A stretch of 63,937 nucleotides of DNA, filler included, from Octopus bimaculoides (GCF_001194135.2; 3 parts of 2 records of this genome joined end to end with filler, not necessarily neighbours in it), one strand, 5' to 3'. Counted from the first letter of the whole stretch, positions 15,461 through 28,561 are shown. Notes: generated by a model from the letters alone, not told the origin. Made by a program: numbers and translations.

Positions 15461-16122
15461 CAATGCTTTTTATTATGTAGAAATATATGTGTGTGTTTTG
15501 TTTATTTTACTTCTTTATACAGTTATTCAATTATTTCTCCCCGTAGCACATCTCTGTTCAAATGTCGATATATGCACGATAAAATTCAGTGTAACTATTC
15601 CAAGATACGTATGCGGTAATTTAAATATATCTACAATTAAACTTCTAATTCATTGCCTTTAGAATATAGATACACACACACACACGCGGATATGTGTGTG
15701 CGCGCGCGTGTGTGTGAAATTTGGTGCATATATGAAGGCACTTAATTAAACCTGTAACTATATATATACATGGTATAGTTAGAAACTGAGAGATAGAAAT
15801 AGATACTATAAAGTAAAGGTACATGTATGTATGTATGTATGTATGTATGTATGTATGTATGTACGCATGCATGTATGTATGTACGTATGTATGTATGTGT
15901 GTATGTGTGTATGTATGTGTGTATGTATGTATGTATGTATGCATGGAGAGATAGATACATACATGCGTACAGACATACATACGCACATTGAGATATATAG
16001 ATAGACACATAGACGGACTATAATTGTAAGTACCTGTGTATATTTGTGTGGGTTCATTTGTATGTTCTTGAATATATGTAGACTTATACACACTCGTACG
16101 TATACAATTAAAATCTTATATA

Positions 16123-16179
<57 letters not shown>

Positions 16180-16298
16180 NNNNNNNNNNNNNNNNNNNNN
16201 NNNNNNNNNNNNNNNNNNNNNNNNNNNNNNNNNNNNNNNNNNNNNNNNNNNNNNNNNNNNNATATATGTACACATACATATGTATCTATATATACATA

Positions 16299-16341
<43 letters not shown>

Positions 16342-16777
16342 CTGTGTGTGTGGAGTCATTTATCTTCATATGTATTCATGTATGAACTTAGTTTTATGTG
16401 TATGTATGAATATATGTAACTAAGAAAAAAAAAGAATGACTAGTGCTTCGCTCTTTTTGTCATTTTGAAGTTTTATGATTTTCATTTAGTTTCATTCCAT
16501 AATTTGGAAATATTTAATGGCACACAATACTGCATAACACATGACCTATTAAGCACCACACGTGACTAGAGAAAAGCCAATTTGTCTGTCTATATCCTGG
16601 CCATTAACAGATGTGTTACTTCCTCACATACCACTCCTTCGTGTTTCTTGTCTAACTTCCTGTTGGCTAATGTGTATATCTATAATACAGTCAGTAGGTT
16701 ATATTTGAGAGAGCGTGTATCTGCTCGTATATATGTCCGTATTTATATAATATATATATATGTGTGTNNNNNNNNNN

Positions 16778-16814
<37 letters not shown>

Positions 16815-17689
16815 TGAGTATATCTATATATATATATATATATATACGTGTGTGTGTGTGTGTATTTATACGTATGTATCCATCAATATATACGTATATC
16901 ATGTATGTGTAGAGATAAATAGATAGAAAGAGAAACAGAGAGAGAGACAGACAGACACAGAGATACGTAAATGTTATGGAATCAATATGTCACCAATTTG
17001 TTTTTACATTTATTTCTCTAACTATTTTTAAATCCCATTTTTATATTTAATATTTGTTCATATATTTAATTTTTCTTTATATTTTTCCAAATTATTTATT
17101 TGATATTCTTAGCAGACATTTTTTATTCATTAATTTACTTCTCTTTTTATTGTTTCTAGTGTATTTCGTTTTATTTTTTATCTTTATTTTTTTTTTTTAC
17201 TTTGCGTTGTTTAGTTTTCGTTTTGCATTTTTTTATTTTTCTTTTTTTCGTTATTTACACATGACTGGATGAGAAGTTTGAAAACCATCACCGAATCGTT
17301 TCTATTAAAATATTTAAAATCTACCATCGATTTTGTTGAAAATGAATACCGATTCTGATTTGATGGCGATAAAGAACCTGAAGAGATAAGAAAAAAAACA
17401 CATAATTGTGTATGTGGGGGGGGGTATGTATGTATGTGTGTGTGTGTTTGTCTGTTACTGTGCCTGTATGTAGCAGCGTATTGACATTTGCTGTAACACT
17501 TTCAAACAGCAAATCTACAGACATGATTAATTTCATATATATATACAAATGTGGAGATGTATGTGTGTGTGTGTATATACCCATTATATCTATATCTATA
17601 TCTATATCCATCTATCTGTTTATCTATCTATCTATCTATTGCTATAAACATGCATGTATGTATTATGAATGGGTGTGTCTGCATCAAGT

Positions 17690-17925
17690 CAAAGATCAAA
17701 GGTCATTCCCGAGCCATGGGCTCATGAAGCCCGTTTCCTGGATTCTTTGATAACGTATGAATTTCTCCGCTCCTGGTCAGGATGTTCGTCTGTGTTAGGA
17801 TTATTTATTGTTGGTAGCTGGGTAGAATTGAGTAACATGTTCAGGAAGGTAACACATTGAATAGTCCAGGAATCGAAACTACAATCTTACGATCATGAAT
17901 GCAACGCCCTAAGCACTAAATTATG
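17690..17925 (-). mobile_element. SINE family C, decayed
   Basis: Reverse complement head catgatcgtaagattgtagtttcgattcctgga and tail ggaaacgggcttcatgagccc match the 19053 copy. Confidence 0.7.
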
Positions 17926-17991
17926 ACCCTCTCCATATCTCTCCCTCACTCTCTCTATACTCCTCTTCTTATCTCTCTCCCTCTCTCTCTA

Positions 17992-18602
17992 GATAACTTT
18001 CTTTTATTAGCCACACAGGGCTGTACATAGAGGGGACAAATACAATTGTATTGCTTTTCTTTTAGAAAAAAGAAAAAGAAATTCGATCAAAAGGGATCGG
18101 TAGTAAAAAGAATAAAGAAAAAAAAGATCACAAGCGATCGTATCTCACAGAAAATTTCAATGGTTTAAAAAAGGGTAACATTAGGTTTATCCATGGAGAG
18201 AAAAGCTTACGGAAAAGACCAAGATAACCTCACCAGCGAGTAGACACATGAGAGCAAGGTGCTCTCTCCCTCTTTTTATTTTTCTCGATTTACAGGATCA
18301 TCCTCAAAGAGGTATCGTCACTCGCACGCACCATCTTTGCTACATTCACCCACCTTTTAATGAAACTTTCACGAGACAAAACCTGCCTCTCTATTCTCAC
18401 ATTCCTCTTCAAGTGATACTTGAAAAAGTTGATGAGCGATTGGCCAGAGAGGTAGGTTTTCGGCTCTATTCCTTTCGCTCGGGTCCACCACACACATTCT
18501 TTCACCATGGCCACCAGTATGATGAACACTGCCTTGCCTTCCCTGTTGAGGGACGGTGATGGAGGAATTCGCACAACAGTTTCATCATACTGGTGGCCAT
18601 GG
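17992..18602 (-). mobile_element. Tx1/L1-type LINE, ORF2 C-terminus plus 3' UTR
   Basis: ORF AVFIILVAMVKECVWWTRAKG..LINFFKYHLKRNVRIERQVLSRESFIKRW resembles the Tx1/L1 C-terminal W..R..F...W pattern; UTR ends near aataaa; runs into a gap. Confidence 0.75.
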
Positions 18603-19052
18603 NNNNNNNNNNNNNNNNNNNNNNNNNNNNNNNNNNNNNNNNNNNNNNNNNNNNNNNNNNNNNNNNNNNNNNNNNNNNNNNNNNNNNNNNNNNNNNNNNN
18701 NNNNNNNNNNNNNNNNNNNNNNNNNNNNNNNNNNNNNNNNNNNNNNNNNNNNNNNNNNNNNNNNNNNNNNNNNNNNNNNNNNNNNNNNNNNNNNNNNNNN
18801 NNNNNNNNNNNNNNNNNNNNNNNNNNNNNNNNNNNNNNNNNNNNNNNNNNNNNNNNNNNNNNNNNNNNNNNNNNNNNNNNNNNNNNNNNNNNNNNNNNNN
18901 NNNNNNNNNNNNNNNNNNNNNNNNNNNNNNNNNNNNNNNNNNNNNNNNNNNNNNNNNNNNNNNNNNNNNNNNNNNNNNNNNNNNNNNNNNNNNNNNNNNN
19001 NNNNNNNNNNNNNNNNNNNNNNNNNGTCCCACAGTAGAGAAGCTGTTAGACG

Positions 19053-19300
19053 GCATGGGCTTGCTGGTTAGGGTGTCAGCATCATGATCGTAAGATTGTG
19101 GTTTCGATTCCTGGACCGGGCGACGCGTTGTGTTCTTGAGCAAAACACTTCATTTCACGTTGCTCCAGTCCACTCAGCTGGCAAAAATGAGTAACGCTGT
19201 GATGGACTGGGGTCCCGTCCACCTGGGGAACACATACGACACTGAAACCGGGAAACCGGGCCCATGAGCCTGGCTAGGCTTTAAAAGGATGCATTTATTT
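19053..19300 (+). mobile_element. tRNA-derived SINE family C (CORE-like middle)
   Basis: B-box-like gtttcgattcc; gtgttcttgagcaaaacacttcatttcacgttgctccagtccactcagctggcaaaaatgagta resembles the CORE domain. Confidence 0.85.
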
Positions 19301-19487
19301 ATTTTTATGTATATATTTGGAGAGAAGATTTTTGCTCAAAGATTTAAGATTGAGAAAAGAACCTATTTAGAAAGTCGAAAGACACTAACCTTTGGGAAGA
19401 GATTTCACAAAATGTGTGTAAGCTTTGCATATATATATATGTATGTATATATCTTCATTGAAAAGCAACAACAATTCCACAAAAACC

Positions 19488-19560
19488 GTTACTCAGAGTT
19501 TCAGATTCCTGTTCGTCAAACAAAAATGTCCGACGGACGGAGCGTGAAACTCTGAGTAAC
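19488..19560. repeat. Short palindromic MITE-like element
   Basis: Perfect 16-bp inverted repeat gttactcagagtttca (19488-19503) / tgaaactctgagtaac (19545-19560). Confidence 0.8.
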
Positions 19561-19699
19561 AGTTATTGAGATATTTTTGCTGCTTTTTAATAAAGCATAT
19601 TGCTGTACCTCTGGTATATGAGTACTCTCATTTCCACTTTGTTTCGTATTTATGTGCTTACTCTGGAAGCCACTACACATTCTTTATTTTCTCTCATTG

Positions 19700-19843
19700 T
19701 TTTTTTCTGTGTTCCTTTCTGTGGAAAATCGTAGACTCGAAATGTTAAAGAACGTTTCACTACCCGAGCGTTATACTTACACGTCTCTTTGTTGTCTACA
19801 CCACCTATCTTTTTCGTCTTTTGCTTTTTTGTGAATTCTCCCT

Positions 19844-19850
<7 letters not shown>
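19700..19850 (+). repeat. Unclassified repeat family D, copy 1
   Basis: Aligns to 34270-34420 (tgtgttcctttctg..cgaaa..cccgagcgtta..gttgt.tacac..tcgtctttt). Confidence 0.8.
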
Positions 19851-19894
<44 letters not shown>

Positions 19895-20291
19895 NNNNNN
19901 NNNNNNNNNNNNNNNNNNNNNNNNNNNNNNNNNNNNNNNNNNNNNNNNNNNNNNNNNNNNNNNNNNNNNNNNNNNNNNNNNNNNNNNNNNNNNNNNNNNN
20001 NNNNNNNNNNNNNNNNNNNNNNNNNNNNNNNNNNNNNNNNNNNNNNNNNNNNNNNNNNNNNNNNNNNNNNNNNNNNNNNNNNNNNNNNNNNNNNNNNNNN
20101 NNNNNNNNNNNNNNNNNNNNNNNNNNNNNNNNNNNNNNNNNNNNNNNNNNNNNNNNNNNNNNNNNNNNNNNNNNNNNNNNNNNNNNNNNNNNNNNNNNNN
20201 NNNNNNNNNNNNNNNNNNNNNNNNNNNNNNNNNNNNNNNNNNNNNNNNNNNNNNNNNNNNNNNNNNNNNNNNNNNNNNNNNNNNNNNNNNN

Positions 20292-20326
<35 letters not shown>

Positions 20327-20574
20327 TATATGTATGTATATATACACATACATGTGTTTGTCTGTGTGTATTTGCATTGTTACATCTTTGGTATGAAAAT
20401 GTGTGTTGAAACTGAAATCTTGCTTCTTGAAAACGTCATTATACCAATAAGAAACACATTGACTTAACCATCTAACCAATTGATACATTGCTTCTTTGAT
20501 CTATCTGTCAATTAATCAAACTGTTTGATCCGTGAAAGTCCTGTCTCCAGCAACTACAAATCAATCAATAACAT

Positions 20575-21100
20575 AACCGTAGTATATCAATTTATATTTG
20601 TGGAGGGTGAATGTAAGAACTTGACTACACGCAACAGGTAGTTACTTCTAGGTTGAAGTTCATATATCATAAAATTGAAAAGTAGAATATGAAAGGTAGA
20701 AGGAAGACAGTGCTGGAACAGCAAGAGCTTACCAATGATGGGGTCCTGAATAACAACTAAATGACTCTGACAAATCTACTTCATTGGTCGACCGAAATCG
20801 AATACTTAATTGGCGGAATATTTAGTTATTTGACTAATAATAATAGAGATCTGAATGGAATCTGTGCGGGTGTTCCATATTTCATAATAATCCTCCCCAA
20901 GTAAAACAAAATATATAAATCAGAGTCCATGTACGTCGTATTGCTATGATCTGAAAGGTTTTTGTTTTTCTACCCTGAAGACAGAAGCTCGATTTATCAA
21001 ACGTTTATTTGATCCCATCACTGGCTGCATACATTCGGGAACTACATCTATCAACATTATGATGGATCTCCACGCCACCAGAAACAGCTGTTGGACTTAA
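20575..21100 (+). mobile_element. Possible Penelope-like remnant with decayed hammerhead motifs
   Basis: VVYQFIFVEGEC-like translation near 20580 is weakly GIY-YIG-like; decayed hammerhead-like motifs at 20975 and 21056. Confidence 0.3.
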
Positions 21101-21254
21101 AACACCTAACTTCTTTCCCTCTAATTTTCACTCTCGTTTTGTAGTCTATGTAAGCTTAATCTATTAACATATAAATATCTATATGTTTATATTCAAATAT
21201 TCATCATCTGAAAATCTTCAGTCATTGCATCCTTCCGGTTTGTATGTCAACATA

Positions 21255-21652
21255 TACTCTTTTACCTGTTTCAGTCATTTGACTGTGGCCAATGCTGGAG
21301 CACCACCTTTAGTCGCGCAAATCGACCCCAAGACTTATTCTTTGTAACACTAGTACTTATTCTATCGGTTCTTTTGCCGAACCGCTAAGTTACGGGGACG
21401 TAAACACACCAGCATCGGTTGCCAAGCGATGTTGGGGAGGACAAACACAGGCACACAAACATATACACACACATACATATATACATATATATATATACAT
21501 ATATACGATGGGCTTCTTTCAGTTTCCGTCTACCAAATCCACTCATAAGGCTTTGGTCGGCCCAAGGCTATAGTAGAAGATATTTGCCCAAGGTGCCACG
21601 AGTGGGACTGAACTTGGAACCATGTAGCTGGTAAGCAAGCTACTTACCACAC
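21255..21652 (-). mobile_element. tRNA-derived SINE family A, near full length
   Basis: Head gtgtggtaagtagcttgctt..ggttccaagttcagtccc; middle cttgggcaaatatcttctactatagcc..gtagacggaaactgaaagaagccc; internal (TA)/(TG); tail tgactgaaac. Confidence 0.92.
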
Positions 21653-21819
21653 TAGTATCAATCCCAAGCTGAGTGTTTGGGGATGTACTGCTTTATTATT
21701 TCTAAAGATGAAATTCATGTTTCAAAATGTTGCTTACTTTTTAGTCAGCCTGATATATCACTGGTCAAAGGTCAAACGTGCGGGCACAGACGTGCTAGCT
21801 TGTGGTTTCATACACATGA

Positions 21820-21970
21820 ATGCACATCGATGTATAATTGTCTAGCCCCCCCCCCCCTCCTCCGAAATTGCTGACCTTGTGTCAGCATCGTTAGCATTCT
21901 AGTTAAAACACTTAGCGGCATCGTTCCGGCTTACGTTCAAATTTCAAATTCGTGGAGACGGACTTTGCTT
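21820..21970 (+). mobile_element. SINE family B fragments (tail followed by head)
   Basis: aaattgctgaccttgtg followed by atcgttagca..cttagcggcat..ttacgttc. Confidence 0.55.
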
Positions 21971-23114
21971 ATTGGCCTGCGCGCACAATGAAATAAATTA
22001 CCACTCATTTACTAGGGAGTAGATTTAATAGACTGGACTCATGCCATAAATTCAAAGGACTATAATTTCGGCTATATACGTTCTCACTTCAAATACCACC
22101 GAATAATCAAATACTCACTTTTGCAAAGTCGCTGGAGCGGAAACACGTGTAGGTCATTATAGCATGTTGTATATAAATTTTAAAATGAATTTTCTACATG
22201 TGCAAGTCTCCATACTCTTTATTCTTATTAATATTAATATATACTCCAGATAATTTTTACCGTCCAGCGAAGAGTATACGGATTTACCCATCGGAAAAAT
22301 TTAAAGTGTGACTAACAACTAAATGTAGTTACAGATGTTAGAAACTGATCGTTGTAGTAAGCAGTTAACTGAAACGTAACTGAGAGCTAATACAGTATCC
22401 GCCCGAATAATATATCCCTCCCAACTGACTTGTGTGTGTGTGTGTGTGTGTGTGTGTATTTTTGTGTATGTGTGTATGTTTGATGTATGCATATGTGGAC
22501 TATGTAAGTATATGTGTTTATATTAAAACACTATAACTCAATTTTTTTTCGATCGTTCACAACATAAGTATCAATGGAATATATCTTTATAATTGCTGTC
22601 TGCGTATTAATGTAACACATTTATTCAATGATGGCTACTTAGCTCTTTCTTTTCTTTATTTCTTTTCTTTTCCTGTTTACTTTTCTTTTATTTTTTTCTT
22701 TCTTTTCTTTCCTTTCCTGTTTCTTAAAAAAAAACGTGATTCGCATTAAAATCATTCTAGAAAATATTTTACAGTTCTTTGCTTTAAGGAATTTCATTTT
22801 TGAGTGTTGGGTCAATTATTTTTCTCCCACTTATATTAATAATCCTATTAAGCTTTTGTATATTGTCAAATCTCTTTATATTTTCTTTAATTTAATTTTA
22901 GGCTCTTTTGTAATAGGTAATCCGTTTCAACACATTTTATATATTTGTCTAAATATACGTCGGCGACGTTCTCTAAATTCATTTGCAAATCTACAGATAG
23001 CTTTTGACCTCACTCGAGCACATAAATGGCCAACTATTGAGCATGTGTACTATTATAGGCCGAGCATACATTTGACAAGATGTGCTGCAAAGGTTCACAA
23101 CCCGGTTTGATATA

Positions 23115-23365
23115 CAGTAATCCCTCTACTATCACGGGTGTTGCATTCCAAAATCCCCCGTACAGTACTGGACTGTATATTTTTTAATTATTTTTATAAT
23201 TTGTATATATTTATTTTATCCTAAACGCAAAACAACACCACGGAGGAATCGTCGCAAGCTTAAATAATAAACCACGATAGGTGAACAGCGATAGGCGAAC
23301 CGCGATAGGCGAACCGCGATAGGTGAATCGTGATAGGTGAACCGCAATATGGCGAGGGATTACTG
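23115..23365. mobile_element. Tigger/pogo-like MITE
   Basis: TA target duplications; TIR cagtaatccctc (23115-23126) / gagggattactg (23354-23365); five 14-bp subterminal repeats. Confidence 0.88.
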
Positions 23366-23654
23366 TATTCAAACTTGTATCGCAAACCATGTTACCTAGT
23401 TTATGCTTTGTATTTGTAAATGCTGATGTGTTATTTGTGAGAGATTTTGTTTGCTTAGCCAGTTAGTTTGACCAAACATGGCGACGCTCAGTCGTTGGAT
23501 GATAACGAGATCTTTAAATTATAACTTTATGCTACCGTTGCCGTAACTGTAAAGATCTCTGAGTACATATAATTAAAATCGCCAATCAATTGTTTTCCAA
23601 TCATTTTGTTTTTCTGCACACAAGAATACACATTAATTGCTTGATTAATTGTCG

Positions 23655-23850
23655 TGGGCGTCTGTCATGTGACTTTTTTTCCGATCTGTTGTCTACCACT
23701 CTGGAACAACACGAGTCCACCTATCGTTTGTGAACCTAGCGACATGTCCAACCCAGGGGAACTCGTGTTTTCGGTTCTCTGCAATGACATCGTTCAATCC
23801 GCTCCGACCTCGAATAAATTCATTTCGAATTTGTTACTTTTGAATACTTT
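23655..23850 (-). mobile_element. RTE-clade LINE, RT C-terminal fragment
   Basis: Translation EFIRGRSGLNDVIAENRKHEFPWVGHVARFTNDRWTRVVPEW* contains the RTE-type W.GHVAR..D.RW motif. Confidence 0.85.
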
Positions 23851-23968
23851 TCCTTAGGGTACACAGTGAATAAGCCCGAGATACTGAAATCTCAAGGAGA
23901 ATAAGAGCAGTATAGAAGGCATTTAGCTATTGATCTACACAATAGCATACATGCCAATATATTTATAC

Positions 23969-24031
<63 letters not shown>

Positions 24032-24035
<4 letters not shown>

Positions 24036-24445
24036 GTCATCCCATAAATAATACGGTTAATTTATACTTCTTTTATTTGCAGAATTAAGAAAAAGAAAGT
24101 TCTTTTTTAATCTACAATACACTTTCCTTCATTTTCTACGATGCTCTTCCATCTATCTGGTTGAAATGCAAGAACCCTCTTCCAAAATTCATTTGTCTGT
24201 AACGAAAAATACTCTTCCAGTACTGCTCTGGCCTCGTCTACAGAATTCATATATATTTTCCGTCCAAATGATTTTGAAAACTGCAGAATAAATGATAATC
24301 AGATGGAGCAATGTCCAGCGAATATGGTAGATGGGACATCGTTTCCCATTCAAACTGCTCCAACTTATGGAATGTCATCCTCGCTGTATGTGACCGAGCA
24401 TTATCCTGATGGAAGAACACCTTTCGTCTTGAAAAAAACAAAGGT
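24032..24445 (-). mobile_element. Mariner (DD34D) 3' fragment next to (TA)n
   Basis: HQDNARSH..YSLDIAPSDYHLF with 34 residues between the two Ds; TIR-like gtcatcccataaataat abutting (TA)n. Confidence 0.92.
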
Positions 24446-27229
24446 GGTCGTTTTTCTTCTATACATGTATTTAAGTATATGTTTGTATGTAATTATAATT
24501 ATTTAAATTTATATTCTAGAGTTCTTACCAATGGAGAAACAAGCAGTTTCTAACCTAATTTCAAAGGGTTCTTCACTGCAATTTCAACATCAACAGATAA
24601 GTTGTGCATGTATCTGTGAATCTGCACAAGTATTTGGAGTCACTGCACGTATAGATCTGTATGTTTTCTTTTATGCATGCATTCTCATACATACAATTGC
24701 ACGTATAAACGTATGCGCATATACTTATATGTTAAGTATTTAAAAATCCTTAGATATTTTCACAGTTACACTGAAGGCTTGAATCTGTAATCTAATTATC
24801 TTTCTTCTTTCTAGCTTTGAAAGCAACCAAAAATTACGTGCGTAAATCAGAAATTCTAGTCGGGTGGAGGAGCTGCAAATTTCTCAATAATCCAGCGAGA
24901 TGTTTTCACTTTTACATAGAGGAATGTATGCATGCATGTATGTATGTGGGTATGTATGTATGTATGTATGTATGTATGTATGTATGTATGTATGTATGTA
25001 TGTATGTTTGCATGCATGTATGTGCGTATGCATGCATGTGTGTATGTCTGAATGTATTTATGTATATGTATATATGTATGCATGCATACATGCATGTACA
25101 TATATGAACGTATACATACATGCATGTATGTATTTATTTACGTACGCATGCATGTATGTAAATAAATATGTAGGTAGGTAGGTAGGTAGGTACGTACGTA
25201 CGTACTTAGGCAGGTACGTACGTACGTCCGTACGTACTTAGGCAGGTATGTAGATACACAAGCAGGTTGGTAGGTAGCGTGATCAGTCGTTTTCGAGGAA
25301 ATGCATCGTGGAAAAGAAGATGGACGATGAGAAGGAAACATGTTTTACATAGATGTATATTGTGAATGACTAAGATGCCCCTTCAGCGTTGCACGCCTCG
25401 AAACCATGCCATCACCACCGGACGAGGAAATTTAATATGAACATTAAATAAGAACTGTGTATTTCGGACTGTAAATTTGATAATTGCTCTCATTCTTATA
25501 ACACTTTCTAGATCATCGCAACCATATTCTTGATAGCAGCCTGAACATGTGATATGTACTGGGAATATTGAGTTACAGGTTCGGAATTGGTCCACGTAGC
25601 GACCTTAAAGCAAGGATGAGGATGCTCAATATTTTATAAATCGCCAACACTCATTCCCACATCACACACACACACTCACACATAAGCACGTGTACAAACA
25701 GTAACGCGCGTACACACAAGATTGTTTATCTTTATTTGTATGTGCATGGTACATTTTGATCTGAATTTAAGCGAATATGTATGTAAATATATGCATATAC
25801 ATCTTTGCATACGTGAAACGATCTACACATGTATCTATATTATTTGTATATTTACATATGCACTTACACGATACGTAGAGAGCTAGATTGCCATATATAT
25901 ATATATATATATATACATACATATATATATGTGCATATATGTATGTACTTATGTGTATACATATATGTGCATGTACTTATGTATATATGTATATGTATAT
26001 ATATATATATANNNNNNNNNNNNNNNNNNNNNNNNNNNNNNNNNNNNNNNNNNNNNNNNNNNNNNNNNNNNNNNNNNNNNNNNNNNNNNNNNNNNNNNNN
26101 NNNNNNNNNNNNNNNNNNNNNNNNNNNNNNNNNNNNNNNNNNNNNNNNNNNNNNNNNNNNNNNNNNNNNNNNNNNNNNNNNNNNNNNNNNNNNNNNNNNN
26201 NNNNNNNNNNNNNNNNNNNNNNNNNNNNNNNNNNNNNNNNNNNNNNNNNNNNNNNNNNNNNNNNNNNNNNNNNNNNNNNNNNNNNNNNNNNNNNNNNNNN
26301 NNNNNNNNNNNNNNNNNNNNNNNNNNNNNNNNNNNNNNNNNNNNNNNNNNNNNNNNNNNNNNNNNNNNNNNNNNNNNNNNNNNNNNNNNNNNNNNNNNNN
26401 NNNNNNNNNNNNNNNNNNNNNNNNNNNNNNNNNNNNNNNNNNNNNNNNNNNNNNNNNNNNNNNNNNNNNNNNNNNNNNNNNNNNNNNNNNNNNNNNNNNN
26501 NNNNNNNNNNNNNNNNNNNNNNNNNNNNNNNNNNNNNNNNNNNNNNNNNNNNNNNNNNNNNNNNNNNNNNNNNNNNNNNNNNNNNNNNNNNNNNNNNNNN
26601 NNNNNNNNNNNNNNNNNNNNNNNNNNNNNNNNNNNNNNNNNNNNNNNNNNNNNNNNNNNNNNNNNNNNNNNNNNNNNNNNNNNNNNNNNNNNNNNNNNNN
26701 NNNNNNNNNNNNNNNNNNNNNNNNNNNNNNNNNNNNNNNNNNNNNNNNNNNNNATATATATATATATAGATACATGTATTAGTTAGTATGTTTGTACATA
26801 TACTTATATATGTGTTCGTATCTTTCTGTCTAGCTACCTACCTACCTATCTGTCTGTCTATCTATCCAACTCTCTGTCTATCTGTCCACCTATATGTCTA
26901 TGTGAGTATGATTAGATGTCTTTTGGTGCATTTTAATCCGTTGGCAATTTCAATTTTTCATGAATCTAATTACACGCAATTGGCGGAATTATATATATTT
27001 CTATATACACCACAAATAAAAAATGGGAAAAGTAAAAACCGGTGGCCAGTGTCTCGTAAAGGATGGCACCATTCCATTTTGGCGTCGTTGCTTTTATCCA
27101 AATTTCTAAGCTTCTATGCGTATTCTACATGCTAAATGATGAGTTGTGATTTATGAAGGCATCTGAATTGCAGCAATTCCATCAAGTGAAACAAGAAATA
27201 AAGGAAGATGAGATAACGAATGATAGAAC

Positions 27230-27520
27230 CACACATGTTCCATATTTATTCATTAATAACTGCACGGTTTCTTTTGTTTTTCTTTGTTCTTTCAACTGAG
27301 GCGAGAGAGACTCATAAATACGTCGAAACGCCGGTGTCAAAACGGGGGTAGCTGATGAAGGAAAATGTTCTCTATGTGGCTTGTGTGTTGTCTGTACTCT
27401 GATTATCATTATTTTCTTTCTACGTTTTGTTTGCAATGTCCTGTACCCAGATATGCACCTATACATACTGGTGGATGTGGGTATGCACATGCCTGTACGT
27501 ATATATACATATACTCATTT
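27230..27520 (+). repeat. Unclassified repeat carrying a hammerhead-like remnant
   Basis: ctgaggc..cgtcgaaacgccggtgtc at 27296-27338, then ctgatgaagg at 27352. Confidence 0.35.
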
Positions 27521-28561
27521 ACTATTTGTTTATATATATATATATATATATNNNNNNNNNNNNNNNNNNNNNNNNNNNNNNNNNNNNNNNNNNNNNNNNN
27601 NNNNNNNNNNNNNNNNNNNNNNNNNNNNNNNNNNNNNNNNNNNNNNNNNNNNNNNNNNNNNNNNNNNNNNNNNNNNNNNNNNNNNNNNNNNNNNNNNNNN
27701 NNNNNNNNNNNNNNNNNNNNNNNNNNNNNNNNNNNNNNNNNNNNNNNNNNNNNNNNNNNNNNNNNNNNNNNNNNNNNNNNNNNNNNNNNNNNNNNNNNNN
27801 NNNNNNNNNNNNNNNNNNNNNNNNNNNNNNNNNNNNNNNNNNNNNNNNNNNNNNNNNNNNNNNNNNNNNNNNNNNNNNNNNNNNNNNNNNNNNNNNNNNN
27901 NNNNNNNNNNNNNNNNNNNNNNNNNNNNNNNNNNNNNNNNNNNNNNNNNNNNNNNNNNNNNNNNNNNNNNNNNNNNNNNNNNNNNNNNNNNNNNNNNNNN
28001 NNNNNNNNNNNNNNNNNNNNNNNNNNNNNNNNNNNNNNNNNNNNNNNNNNNNNNNNNNNNNNNNNNAGAGAGAGAAAGAGAGAGAGATTTATATGTATGT
28101 ATATAATCCCTTACAGCTGTTTCAATTAATACTCAGTAAATATTCAGTAAATATAAATTTTAGATGACTTGAGCATAATATCTCCAGAGGTAAAAGATAT
28201 AATATATACCCTTAGATGTTTTATATGTGTTTAGGGATTTCTTATAGCAAACTAATTTAACTCTGCTAATTTAGAGCAGCTTATGCACAGCATAAACAAT
28301 AGTAAAATGCAACAAATTATCCCACCTACTGGATCTAACGAACACACGCATCTAAATACCAACAAAAGAGATGTATACAGCAATGGAAAACACCAATTAC
28401 GGCCAAATTGCAATAATAGAAATACTTATGATACAGCGAACACGTTAAGTACGCCGGAAAATGGTATCGGAACTGCCTTATATACAAATAAATATGATAA
28501 TTGCTCATGCAGAGAAAAATTAAAATGCCTACTGATGAGTAAAATCTTGCATATAAATGTA

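Noticed and set aside
19053-19130. tRNA genes at SINE heads (also 21560-21650 and 57081-57170)
   Set aside because: Only A/B-box-like motifs; no cloverleaf, and each continues into a SINE body.
22110-22200. Minus-strand donor with FPLQRLCK (SOCS-box-like)
   Set aside because: That frame has a stop upstream with no acceptor in between.
23275-23345. 14-bp repeats as a CRISPR-like array
   Set aside because: No spacers, eukaryotic context, and they lie inside a MITE.
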